This document shows positions 23,375 to 35,219 of a DNA stretch of 51,965 nucleotides, piece by piece. The stretch's first letter is position 1; each line of letters begins with the position of its first letter. This DNA is from Chiloscyllium plagiosum (taxonomy: Eukaryota): positions 15,546,241-15,598,205 of the forward strand of contig NC_057751.1 of assembly GCF_004010195.1 (NCBI RefSeq). The letters run 5' to 3'. The notes under the pieces are model-generated. The model was given only the letters and a program-made list of their open reading frames with translations. It was not told where the DNA came from and did no database searches. The translations under genes were made by a program, and so were the position numbers.

Positions 23375-24140
23375 TTAAAGACTTATTCTTGAGATGAGGG
23401 CATCATTGGCTATTTTACAATTTATTGTTATTCCCCAGTTGCCCTTGACAAGGTGTTGGTGAGTTGTCTTCTTGAACTGCTGCAGTTGATATGGCACAGG
23501 GACTTTATTTCGGTAACAGTGATGTAATTCCAAGTCAGGATAGTGAGTGGCTTGAAGGGAAACCTGCAGGTGGTACTGTTTTCTGTATCCACCGCCTTTA
23601 TCCTTCAAGGTGGCAGTGGTCATGGTTTTGGAAGGTGTTGGCTAGGAAGTCGTGGTGAATTTCTCCAGTGTATCTTGTGGATGATACATATTGCTGCTAT
23701 TGGACATCTGTGGTAGAGGGAGCAAGTGTTGAAGATGATGGTTAGAATGCTGATTAAGCAGGCTGCTTTATACTGAATGGTGTTAAGCTCCTTGAGTGTT
23801 GTTGGAGCTGCACTCTTCCAGGGCATGACACTCCTATGCCTTGTCGATGGTAGACAGGCTTTGGGGAGTCAGAAGCTGAGTTATTCACTGCAGCATTCCC
23901 TAGCCTCTGACCTACTCTTTGTAGCATTTACATGGCTCGCCCAGTTCAGTTTCTTGTCAATGGTAACACCTAGAATATTGGTAACGGGGGATTGAGTGAA
24001 AGTAATCCCGTGGACTGTCAAGGGGAGATGTCTATATTCTCTCTTGCTTGAAGAGAACCGTTGTCGGGCACAAATGTCACTTCCCATTGAACAGTCGGAG
24101 CCTGGATGGTGCTCAGATGTGCCATGGATTGCTTAAGTAT
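23375..24140 (-). mobile_element. Second LINE family (CR1/L2 group), 3' fragment
   Basis: Remnants NILGVTIDKKLNWASHVN and W.SAAPTTLKELNTIQYKAACLI. Confidence 0.85.
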
Positions 24141-25079
24141 CAGGTGAGCCTGTATGGTTTAAGATCAAAATCAAATCTAAGTCCCCTCCTCCCGACATAG
24201 CAGCAAATTTTCCTTCTGAAGCATGCACCATGTCAGACACCTGGAGTAACTTCAATTAGACAAACCTTCACAATTGACTGAGCATCCTCAAGAAGTACTT
24301 TCTAGTCTTACATTTCTGCACCTATAATTAGTAGCAAATTCCTCCCCTCAAATAGGATCCACACCGTTTTAATTCAGCCCAGTGGTGGGCTGTACGTTGA
24401 GTCAATTACACTGGCAAGCCCTCTCCAAAGAGACTCATGGGGGTCTTGTTGGAATAGGCACTAATTGCAGAACTTCTGGCTTTTCAACCGATTGCAGACT
24501 TGCTGTGCACCACACATGCTGTTCAAGTGTTCACATCAGGAGACAAATAGGGACCTATCGGGGAAAGGCATGATCCTCCTGAATTCCAAGGCAGCATACC
24601 TAACAGTGTGCAGCCAAAGCCAAAGCAGCTTCTAGATACAAAGGAGGATTTGGTTGCAGCCCACAGCTGACTCAGGGTCTGTAGCCCACATATCGCCCAC
24701 AGGGAATTTAAAAAAAGATAAAAAGCTTCAGACAGTTTGTGGTGAGGAAAATATTAGAAGCTGTCTGCTGGAGTCTCAACATTTCTTCCGTTTAGTTATA
24801 GCAAGTTACAGTTAAAGGGCTTTTGTTTTACTTTGTCCCATTTCCTGCCCTGCTATCCCAAAGGCAGAGACTCCTCCTGGGGGGTGGATCTGGGGTAAGG
24901 TACAGTATCTCTGCCCTACTGCGTGGGAAAGCAGACACTGAGCTTTTACAAGGTCGCATAAGGGAGGGCCATCAGCCCAATTCTGTCTCAACCATCGGTG
25001 GCGAGGTGCACTAATACCTGGGGGTAGTGGAAGCACATATAGCCAATAATTTCAATGCTAAATCAAACAGGTATTGAGG

Positions 25080-25217
25080 GAAGGGCTCATGCCCTGAAGA
25101 AGGGTTCATGCCTGAAACGTCGATTCTCCTGCTCCTTGGATGCTGCCTGACCTGCTGCGCTTTTCCAGCAACACATTTTCAGCTCTGATCTCCAGCATCT
25201 GCAGTCCTCACTTTCTC
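25080..25217 (+). mobile_element. PLE pLTR fragment with hammerhead core
   Basis: CTGAAGA-AGGGTTCATGCCT-GAAACGTC at 25094-25121. Tail near-identical to 16600-16727. Confidence 0.85.
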
Positions 25218-25429
25218 AATCCTCACCTGACAAGCAAACTTGTCAGGTGGCAGCCAAGAGCAGGGGAATGGAACTGACTGGACTACTATACAGAGAACTG
25301 GTACAGACCTGATGGGTTGAATGGCTTCCTTTTATACTATTTGCTCAATCAGGCCTCCATTTTCAGGTATTCCATTTCTTGCACCCAGCACTTCCAGTTC
25401 AGATGTATGTTCTCCTCCAATTCTGACCC

Positions 25430-25630
25430 CTTATTTTATTCCCTCCATCACTGGTGGCTGTGTCTTCAGCTGCTTGGGGCCCAAGTTCTCAATTCCCTCC
25501 CTAGACCTCTCCACCCCCATGCGCTCCCTTTATTATTATCTCATGTGGCTTGATGTTTTACTTTATTTGTAATGCTCTTGTGAAGCACCTTGCTGCGTTT
25601 TATTACATTACCGGCACTATATAAAGACAG
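25430..25630 (+). mobile_element. L2-like 3' end
   Basis: Similar to 22650-22870 (ccatcactggtggctgtgtcttcagctgcttggggccc..aattccctccc). Confidence 0.6.
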
Positions 25631-25659
25631 AAGCTTTCAAAATAAAATCTCCCCTCACA

Positions 25660-25962
25660 GGATGCGAGCGTCATCAGCTATTGTTGGCCATCCTCACCGA
25701 CCCTCGAGAAGGCCTCAATGGGTTTGGAGTCACATGTAGACCAGACTGGGTAAATACAGCAGATTTCCTTTCCAAAAGGGAATCACACGGGATTTTTTTA
25801 CAATCATCAACAATGCTTACATATTTGTCATTGGACTAGCTTTTAATTTTTTCTATTGATCTCAAATTTCTTCATCTGCCATGGCATGAATTGAATACAA
25901 GTCCCCACAGCACGGGCCTGGGTTTCTGGATTACCAGTCCAGTGTCATTACCACTACACGGT
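25660..25962 (-). mobile_element. tRNA-derived SINE, family B
   Basis: Collinear with other copies and ends in ggattaccagtccagtgtcattaccactacac. Confidence 0.8.
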
Positions 25963-26129
25963 CGTCTCCTCCAATTCTGCTACTTTTCGCTCATCCCTTT
26001 TTATGTGACATTTGTACCAGTGCAAGTTCCAAAGTTATAAAGACTTATAAAAAAAGCATCTAAACCAATTACTCGTACAGAACAGATAGAGAGGACAAAG
26101 CTGAGATCTTGCTGATCTGTGGTCATAGG

Positions 26130-26390
26130 GCTCTGTTTAAGAAATGTGGTAAGGACAAGCCAGGGAACTATAGACCAGTGAGCCTGACCTTGGTGGTGGG
26201 CAAATTGTTGGAGGGAATCCTGAGGGACAGGATGTACATGTATTTGGAAAGGCAAGGACTGATTAGGGACAGTCAACATGGCTTTGAGCGTGGGAAATCA
26301 TGTCTCACAAACTTGATTGAGTTTTTTGAAGAAGTAACAAAGAGGATTGATGAGGGCAGAGCGATAGATGTGACCTGTACGGACTTCAGT
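26130..26390 (+). mobile_element. CR1 internal RT fragment
   Basis: LFKKCGKDKPGNYRPVSLTLVVGKLLEGILRD..SQHGF..KSCLTNLIEFFEEVT. Confidence 0.93.
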
Positions 26391-26790
26391 TAGAAACTTT
26401 TTTAAAAAGTTACATTCTCAAGTGCAGTATAACAATTGGTGTCAGGTTGGCCCAGATAAGGTAGCACCTTCAATATGTTATCCAGGTCAACATGACACCA
26501 ATTGTTAAACTGCACTTGAGAATGCAACTTCTCAAAAAAAAAGTTTTGCGATTTACATATGAAAGAACTGATACCAATATGGTCATTCGAAAAGATGAGA
26601 GAATTAACAAACAATTTGGGTTTTTTTCAATATATCAGTTCAGTTACATCACACTGGGAACTTTTGCTATAAATTCTGCGTCTTACAATCTTACTCTCCA
26701 CAATCACCTGATGAAGGAGCAGCGCTCCGAAGCTAGTGCTTCCAAATAAACCTGTCGGACTATTACCTGGTGTTGTGTGATTTCTAATTA
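26391..26790 (+). mobile_element. Probable second PLE family 3' region with hammerhead-like motif
   Basis: cac-CTGATGA-A-GGAGC(AGC)GCTCC-GAA-GCTA-gtg at 26705-26728, then aataaa at ~26745. Confidence 0.6.
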
Positions 26791-27764
26791 CAATCAGATC
26801 GATCATGATCTTAGCAAATATTGGAGGAGGCTTGAGGGGCAAAACGGCCTAGTCCTGCTCCTAATTCTTGTGGACCTTTCAGCTCTGCAGAGGTTGTGCC
26901 TGGCTGCTGCTGCTGTTTGCACACAGCTTCGGAATGGACACCAGAACATTTCTGAACACGTCCATGAATGCATCATTGAGGAATGTGTAGACTTTTGACC
27001 CCTGTCACCTTCCTGGAATACCTGGCTTCGACTCAGAGCTCCAGTGTGTGTGCAACCTTTCTCCAATTAATCGCTGCATCAACCAGTCCAGACTGGAAGC
27101 TTGGCCAATGAGTCTTGCCAGCTTTCCACGGGTACATGCGCCAGAGAGAACAAAATTGAGGATTCTAAAAACTGGAAGATAGTTTGGGACACAGATGGCC
27201 ATCTCCATACATTTCAAATTCATGTAGAGATTGCTTTTCCAAGTAGTCCTGGCTCCATGTTAGAATGTAAAGATACAAAACAAATGCCCAAGTCCTTCAT
27301 TTTTCGAATATCTTTTACATTGCGTTGGCTGATCTTTGTAAAAGCACAAAATGATACTTTGATCATTTGATCTACTGTCTTAAATTTGAAAGGACTGTCA
27401 ATCTACAAGCTTCTGTTGCCAGCACACATCAATCCTTTGCTGAATTCAAGTCATACAATCAAACAGAGATTGCTACATGTTTAACAATGAAGTGACAAAC
27501 TGGATTGTGGTGATGGCCACATGTCACTCAATTGATGTCTGAATGACACACAGACAGGCCATTTGCCCTACAAGGCCATGCCAGTATTATGCTCCACTCC
27601 TCTCACCTTTTCTCATCTACATTTACCATCATAACAATCTATTCCCTTCTCCTTCACATATTCATCTCGCCTCCCTTTAAATGCTTGAATAAGGGAAAGG
27701 AGGGATGAAAAGAACCTTGATTCATGGTTAATTAGCATTTCTTCAAATGTATTATTTAATGGGA

Positions 27765-28103
27765 TTCCGGTGTCAGAGGGAAGGCTGGCATTTGTTTCCC
27801 ATTCCCTAATTGCCCTGGAACTGAATGGCACCCTCAGTGTTTTCAGAGGACAATCAAGAGTCAACCAACATCACTGTGGGTGTGGAGTCATGTGGAGGCC
27901 AGACTCAGGCAGATTTCCCACTCTGAAAGGCACTGATGAACCAGAGGGATTTAAATAACAATCGATGACAGTTTCGGGGTCACAATTGACTAGTTTTGTA
28001 TTTCACATTTATGTTAAAGCTGTGGAACATTTAAGCCCCATGTTCCCAGAGCATTAGCCTCGGTCTCTGGATTACAAGTCCAGTAATGCTACCCCTACAC
28101 CAT
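27765..28103 (-). mobile_element. tRNA-derived SINE, family B
   Basis: Collinear with the 1255, 6205 and 25660 copies. Confidence 0.8.
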
Positions 28104-28489
28104 CATGTCCTTTTGAATTACACTGAAATTCACAAGCTAATATGGATACTGCTGTCCAGTTAAATCCCTCCTTCTCATACCAATGAAAAGAACCTGTGTG
28201 CGGCCTGTTGTCTCTGGTATTTCTGATAATCAGTCACCATAAATATGTGCCCTCTGGTTGTCAACTCATGTGCCACGGGGAGATATTTCCCATCCATTCT
28301 CTCCAGAAGTCTGATTTTGAGCACCTCATTCCAATCTCCACTCAACCTTCTTCTCTCGATACCTGGGTTTCAGAATGCTCCTGCTAAAGTTGACAACGAT
28401 AGCTCAGTTTGTAGTATTATTGTCTCTGTATCGCAAGATTCATGGTCCAAATCACACAGCAGGATTTGAGCAAATAAAGTCAATACTAA

Positions 28490-28830
28490 CACTGCAGCAG
28501 TAAGTGTTGCACTATTCAAGATGCTGTCTTTAGAATGGCTGGTAGGGTTTTGACGATCTGCATGGCGAAATATAAAAGATACCATGGCAGTATTTTGAAG
28601 AACAGCAGGGGAGTCAGCCCTGGTGTCCTGGACCATAAGTGTTCCTCAATCAGCAGTTCACAACAAACACACAGAAAAAGATCTGGTCCTGACTACATTA
28701 CTGTTTGTGGGAGTTCACTGTGTACAGACTGGCTCCTTCATTTTGTACACACAACAGAAACTATACTTTGAGAACTGACTTGTTGGCCACGAAATGTTTT
28801 CAGATGTCAGCTTGCTATCTAAAAGCAATT
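28490..28830 (+). mobile_element. DeuSINE (SacSINE1-like)
   Basis: taaaagataccatggcagtattttgaagaacagcaggggagt..ccctggtgtcctggacca is a Deu-domain-like core. Confidence 0.7.
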
Positions 28831-29909
28831 CTTTTTCTTTCTTGTCTGTGGACAACCATAGATCCAAGCATCCCACACAGTGAAGCCCTTTGAAACCACT
28901 AGATAGGCAGATGGGTATTTACTGATAGTATTTATTCTGTAGGCCTCCTGGTATACTTGAAAGACATTAGCAATGAATGGGTGGTTAGTTGACAAATGAA
29001 TTTTAACATAGGTAAACAAGAGGTGTTGCATTTTGGGTGTTAAGGATAAAAACGTCAATCAGCATTTGGATCTTTTGGAGTTTGCTTAGGTAAAGTAGTA
29101 AAGACATTTAGGGGCAGGATGCACAAATCTGTAAAAAGGACAGGCTGGATTCCAAGAGCAAATACAAAAAAGAGCTGCTACAACAGATTAAAAAGGGCAC
29201 CAGCGGCTGTGTCAACCAGTCATGACTTTACACACATGAGAAAAAGAAAGGCATGTGTACCATCGCCCCTATTATTGCGTCTCCTCCCAAGAGTCCTGTG
29301 AGATATGGTGGGGACAATCTCTGATTTTGACCGTGACATGATGCATAATGAAATGGCCTGTGACATTCGCTGTCAAGGCTCACAGAAGAAGAATAGCTAT
29401 TTGGTTACTGCACTGGAGGGCAGCCAGTGCCTGTGGCATTGTGTGAAGCAAAGTGGACAGCAGTGCGAATGAAGGCAATTCTCCCACACTGCAATGTTGG
29501 ATTCCTCGAGTTGTGTAACACGTTGTAAACAGATTACCCAACTCAATGTGACGAGTGTTTACAGCTGACACATTTCTTAAGAGATTCATTTCCAGACTCT
29601 CTGCTCCAAACCTGGCTTTAAAAAAAATTCGAACCACCGCTTAAGGATCCTCAGGGGGGTTTGAATAGAAGTCCCGTTTACTGTGAGATAAAGCCCACAT
29701 TGTGCAGCTTACATTTGCAAATCCTAGAATGATCTTGGCTGAGGGATGTTACTGAGTACTCAGTCATAAATGAGCCCATACAGCCTGGAGCTTTCAGTCA
29801 AGAAATAAGATCTGGGAATGGAATTGGTAACAGGTGAGATTCTAAGGCTTATTTCAGCTCTCTCTTGAGCTCCCTTCCCTATCCATGCAATCTGGTGTGT
29901 TTTTCAACC

Positions 29910-30185
29910 AGCTTGGCACAGTGGCAGTAGTAGCCTCATCTCTGTCAGAAACTTAGCTTCAACTCCTACTCCAGAGAAATAGGCACATGTGATCAGGAGG
30001 GAGTTCTGCACGGTCTCTCAGATGAGACTTGAAATTGAGGCCCCTCTGCCCCACTCAGAAGGATGCAAGACATCCAAAAACATCATGTGGAAGAGAGCAA
30101 GGGGAGTGCTCCTGGGTGTTTGGGTCAATATTTGTCTCTAACATAAAATCACCATCAAAAAAACAGCCAGGTTGTTTATGAGACT
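29910..30185 (+). mobile_element. DeuSINE (SacSINE1-like), 3' part lost at a CR1 insertion
   Basis: Head gcttggcacagtggcagta..gcttcaactcc, then cagatgagacttgaaattgaggcccc..gagcaaggggagtgctcc. Confidence 0.65.
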
Positions 30186-30189
30186 TACG

Positions 30190-30945
30190 GTCATAGAGTC
30201 CAACAGCACAAAGACAGGCCCTTTGGCCCAAACTGGTCCGTGTCGATCAAAATGTCCGTCCATGCTAATCCCACTTCCCTGCGCTTTGCCCATATCCTTC
30301 TAATCCTTTCCTATCCATGTGTTTGCCCAAATACCTTCTAAATGCTGTTCATGCCTTAACCAATTCCGCTGGCAGCTCATTCCATGTGCGTACCACCCTC
30401 TGTGTAAAAAGGTTGCTCCTCAGGTTCACTTTTATTCTTTCCCCTCTAACCTTAAACTGATGCCCTCTCATCCTCAATTCCCCAACCCTGGGAAAAAGAC
30501 TGAGTGCAATCACCCTATCCATGCATCTCATGATCTTATACACCTCTGTAAGATTCCCCCTCAGTCTCCTATGCTCTGAAGAAAAAAGTCCTAGCTTGAC
30601 CAACCTCTCCCTACAACTCAGGCCGTTGAATCCAGGCAATATCTTTGTAAATCTCTTCTATACTCGTTCCAGTATAATAACATCCTTCCTATAACAAGGT
30701 GACCAAACCTGAACACAATCCTCCAAGTGCGGCCTCACCAACACCCTGAATAACTGCAACATAACTTCCCAACTTCGATACTCAGTGCCCTGACTGATGA
30801 AGGCCAGTGTGCAAAAGCCTTTTTCACTGCCCTGTTCACCTGGGACTCTACTTTCAGAGAACTGTGAACCTGAACTCCAAGATCCTTCCGTTCCATTACA
30901 CTCCATTCACCATGAAATTCCTACCTTGGTTTGACTTTCCAAAAT
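30190..30945 (-). mobile_element. CR1/HER1-like LINE 3' fragment
   Basis: LVRPHLEDCVQVWSPCYRKD, LRGNLTEVYKIMR and NLFTQRVVRTWNELP. Confidence 0.93.
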
Positions 30946-30959
30946 TCTGCCCGCACATG

Positions 30960-31500
30960 AATTATTGGCAGTGCAGCAGTGCCCAAATTTCAATATTTGG
31001 TCTCCTTATCTAAAGCAGGCTACATTTGCCTTGCAGGAGGACAGTAAAAGGTCAAATGAATTGGTCCCTGAGGTGTGGTGGCTGTAGGAATGAAGGGCTG
31101 TAAATCAGGTCAATATCCTCTACAGTTTAAAACAACGAGAGGTACTCTCATTGGGACTCCCAAGATTCTGGAGGGTCTTGGCAGGGCAGCTGCTGAGAGA
31201 ATATTTCTCCCTGGCTGGGAAATCTGGAACATGGGAGTGCACAGTCTCAGGATAAGGGACTGATCATCAAGGACAAATTTCTTCACTCAGAGGGTTGTGA
31301 ATCTTTGAGATTATCCACCACAGATTGTTCTTGACATTCTGTCATTGAAGGCTGAGACTGAGACAGAATTTTAGTCTCTCATGGAAGCAAGGCAAAAGGG
31401 AGTACAGAGGAAAGTGGAGTTGAGGTAGTGGAACAGCCATTGCTTTAATAGATGATGGAGTAAGCTTGAGGGGTCAAATAGCCCCCTTCTGCTCTTATTT
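30960..31500 (+). mobile_element. Old CR1 3' fragment
   Basis: Degenerate ttggtctccttatctaa..gagaggtactctcattg..tttcttcactcagagggttgtgaatctt. Confidence 0.7.
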
Positions 31501-31574
31501 ATCTGGCTTTTACTTCATAGGCTGTCAAGCACTTTGGGATTTCATGAAGCCAAAAAGATAGGAGGAAGTCACTT

Positions 31575-31621
31575 AGCCAATATCATTGGAAATGGTGGTA
31601 ACATTTCCAATGATATTGGCT
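31575..31621. repeat. Perfect 20-bp inverted repeat with 7-nt spacer
   Basis: agccaatatcattggaaatg-gtggtaa-catttccaatgatattggct. Confidence 0.95.
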
Positions 31622-31874
31622 TCCTTCCACATGTAAAACACATGGGACTGCACTGCTGATTGAGGTTGTCAAAGCAGCAGCATCCTCTGGGAGCTCAAGG
31701 CATTGTCCTCGTGTTAGATCTTCACTTTTATTCAAAGTTTAGCATTAAAGACATTCTCCATCCTACTACATTTCAAATGAGAACAAACACACAACCACAC
31801 CTCCATCTATTGCCCCAGGAAAGACCAATCATTCACTCCATTCCAAGACTGAGAGAAACTGAAAGAGGGGAACT

Positions 31875-32180
31875 TGCTTGTGGTATAGTTCCTCTGTGGT
31901 AGTAGGAAGTGTGGGTTTGGAAGGTGCTGTCAAAGGAGGATTGGTGATTTGTTACACTGTATCTTATAGAGGGCATACACTGCTGCGACTGAGCATCAGT
32001 GGTGGAGGGATTGAACGTTTGTGGATGTGGTGCCAATCAAGCGGGTTGCTTTGTCCTGGATGGGGTCAGGCGTCTTGAGTGTTGTTGGAGCTGCCCCCAT
32101 CCAGGCAAGTGGTGAGTGTTTCACCACAGTCCTGACTTGTGCCATCTTAACGGTGGACAGGCTTACAGAGTGAGGAGCTG
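31875..32180 (-). mobile_element. Second LINE family fragment
   Basis: Homologous to 23600-23880 (cttgagtgttgttggagctgc..ccaggc). Confidence 0.8.
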
Positions 32181-35108
32181 TTATGGTCTTACAGACTCAG
32201 TCTCAGCTACGATTGACAACGAAACATTCCGCATTCTAAAACTGTGCGAGAAAAATTCAAACATCTTTCAAGTGATTTTCTTTTGTCCTTTCTGAAGCCC
32301 AATACCATCCATATAATGGGATTCCCAGAGCTTGACACAATATAACAACTAGGTGTTAACCAATGTCGAACCAATCCTGAACAAATTCAACTTGCCTTTG
32401 TTAACAACAACATCTCTCTTTCATTTATTGAAGCATGTAACTTTTGTTATTAAACTATTATTGAATAGTGAGTTTCTTCAGACTAGAAACAGTGAGGGGC
32501 AGCCAGAATAAAAAGTGGTTTCTTTATTGAAAGCAGTTTCTTCAAACTCTCTGTTTCGTCTTGCCAACTCCTTCCACGGGTGCAATTTAGTACGTTTTCT
32601 TAAAGTGAGCAATATGCATTGAAGTGCACTTTTCAAATCATTACAACACTACCATTTAGAGCACAGGAGGCCATTCGGCACATTGTGTCTGTGACAGTTA
32701 TCTGCAACAGCAATGTGGTTGTCACACTCCACATTTGCTCCATAGTTCTGTCATTTGTTTTCCCTGTGGGCCAACAGGAGGATGCTGATCCTGCTTAAAA
32801 TAATTCATCTGTAAACTGCTCACACAGTTACTCATTCAGATAGACTGTTTTACTGCTTTCTGGTTCAAGCTCTTCTCCACCAACCTCACTTAGTCTCATG
32901 TTTCCCTACATGTACAAACACAGAATATGGCCATCAATCAATAAGCAACCCCTCATTACCTGGTCACTTAACATTCCTTCATGTTATTCAATTACCATTA
33001 CATCTGCTGCCTTGGGCTACACTTTGTTTTTAAACCAAAGAAATCATTCTTCTCAGAGTAGCCAACACTCTGCATAATATCTTCTGAAATCTTTTTTTTT
33101 CTTTAAATTTATTGAGACATCCACAGGCATGACATAACAGGAATTTCACCCAGAGGGAAATTTGCACACTGTCCACTATCATTCAGTTCACCTCACAGAA
33201 GGGATGTCAAGGGCTCTGGAGTACATACAGAGGAGATTTACTATAATTGGACAAAAGATGGTCCTGTGGCATGTTGAGTAACATCCTGTGTCTGAGCTAG
33301 AAGGTCTGATCTGAATTCCATCCTAGGACTTGATGGTAAGGAAGGTGCATTCATACCATGACCAAACGGGTTTAGCATCAACTGGGAAACCCTTCCAATA
33401 CATATTGATGGAGGGCAAGTGAGATTCCTAGAGAGCTGTCAGATGGAAAGAACATTGATATCTCTACCATCATGATCCTTGACTCCAGGCTATAAAAGGT
33501 GCATAAAGGGTGTGTGTTGCCACATAAACTTAAGATTCCTCGAGTGAACTTTAACACACCACTACTGTGGTGTTTTTCTTGCAGTAGAGAAATTAAGGGG
33601 AGATTTAATTGAGGTTTCCAATATCATGTGTTTTGATTGGGTAAATAGGATGAAATTAATTCCAATAGCAGGATTTTCAGCAAGTCAAGAACATCGACCT
33701 AATATTACTGTATAAAAAATGCTTTCTTTAAAAACATATGTTTTAGCTGTTTCATTGCTTCACTTAACTTGGCAGCTTGACTGATTTTGATAGCTGCTTG
33801 TCAAAAGCATTGTGGTTAGGTCAAAATCCTAGGAGAATTATTTTTATGGTCAAGGTTGCCGATCAGTGATATTTGTCTATCAGATAACCTTAAGACAGAA
33901 CCTAAATGGAACTAAAATTTGAATACAAAATACATCCCGTAAAAGATGTCAACCAACTATGGGACCTACCCATGACAGTGCATTATGCAGTAGAACAAAC
34001 TGTTGCTAAATTCAAATAGAATGCAGCCTTTTGATGCAGCCACTCCAGCAACAAAACTGACACTGACACTGTAGTGCAGTACCGAGGGAATGCAGCACTG
34101 TCAGGAGGTATCATCTTCTGGATAATCTCATTGCTGTCTGTGGGAAATTCTCGACCTCCTACCATGGCCACACTTCCACATTAGATAGTTATCTACAAAA
34201 TGCTTTGGGAGGTGTGAAAGCTGCTACATCGACACAAGCCTCTTGTTTCATTACAAACCACATTCTTGTAAACTAACAGTCCATCTCCACCTTCCATTAA
34301 TTAAAAGGCAAAATACCGTTGAAGTTGGAGAACTCAGCAGTACCGGCAGTGTCTGAGGAAAAAAGCAGAGTTAATGTTTTGAATTCAGGATAGTTCTGCT
34401 TCATAACTTAAAAAGGTTTGGAATGTGATTGTGCTTATGCTGATGACCTAGGTGGGGGAGGAGTGAGTATAACAGATTGTGGGGGCACGCAAAGCAAGAG
34501 GCGATCACCAGCAGTAGTAAACTGCTGACGTAATAACTGTACATTGAATGAAACAGGAGAAACAGCATGGAAACAGGCCATTCAACCCATCCAGTCTACG
34601 GCCATGTCTTTACTCCAATCCAGCCTCTTTCCACTTTTCCTCATCTTATATCATCAGCCTCTATTCCCTCCTCCCTCACAACCTCTCAAATATAATGACA
34701 CAATCTAGTTCCACCTTTCCCCGTGGGAATAAGTTCCTCATTCTCGCCAATCTCTGGGTGAAGAAGCTTCTTCTGAAATTCCCAGTTGGGTTTCTTGGGG
34801 TCAGTACAATGTTGACGGCCTCTGGTTTGGCTCTTCCTCACCAGAAGAAACATTGCCTCCAACTCCACTCCATCAAACCCAGAATGCAACAGTTAATGAT
34901 TTGACTATTCATAATCAAAGGCCCATATACCCAGTCAAGATTTGCACTTTCCAAATTATAGTGACCTCTCTATTCTTCCCACCAAAGTACAGTACCTCAT
35001 GTTTATCTGTGTTGAACTTCAATTTGCCAATTATTTGCCCATTCTGCAAATGTACAAAGAAAGAGCTCAAGGATATTACAGTTCAAACAGTGATGAAAAT
35101 TAACATAC

Positions 35109-35219
35109 CCGCAGAGAGCCCAAACTTCTGGATTCGGTGTTTCTTTAAATCTACAATCCAGTCAACCTTAAACGATTTCAGATCTTCTTCATCCAGTGCA
35201 ATGTCTCCCAGAAAGGCAG
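35109..35219 (-). CDS. bmp1: bmp1 exon 2 (111 nt), prodomain with FxGDI aspartate-switch motif
   Basis: tttgctttctgtAG|...|GTatgt, phase 1-1. Translation AAFLGDIALDEEDLKSFKVDWIVDLKKHRIQKFGLSA. AAFLGDIALDEEDL is BMP1-type; TLL1/2 have AVFWGDIALD. Confidence 0.95.
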
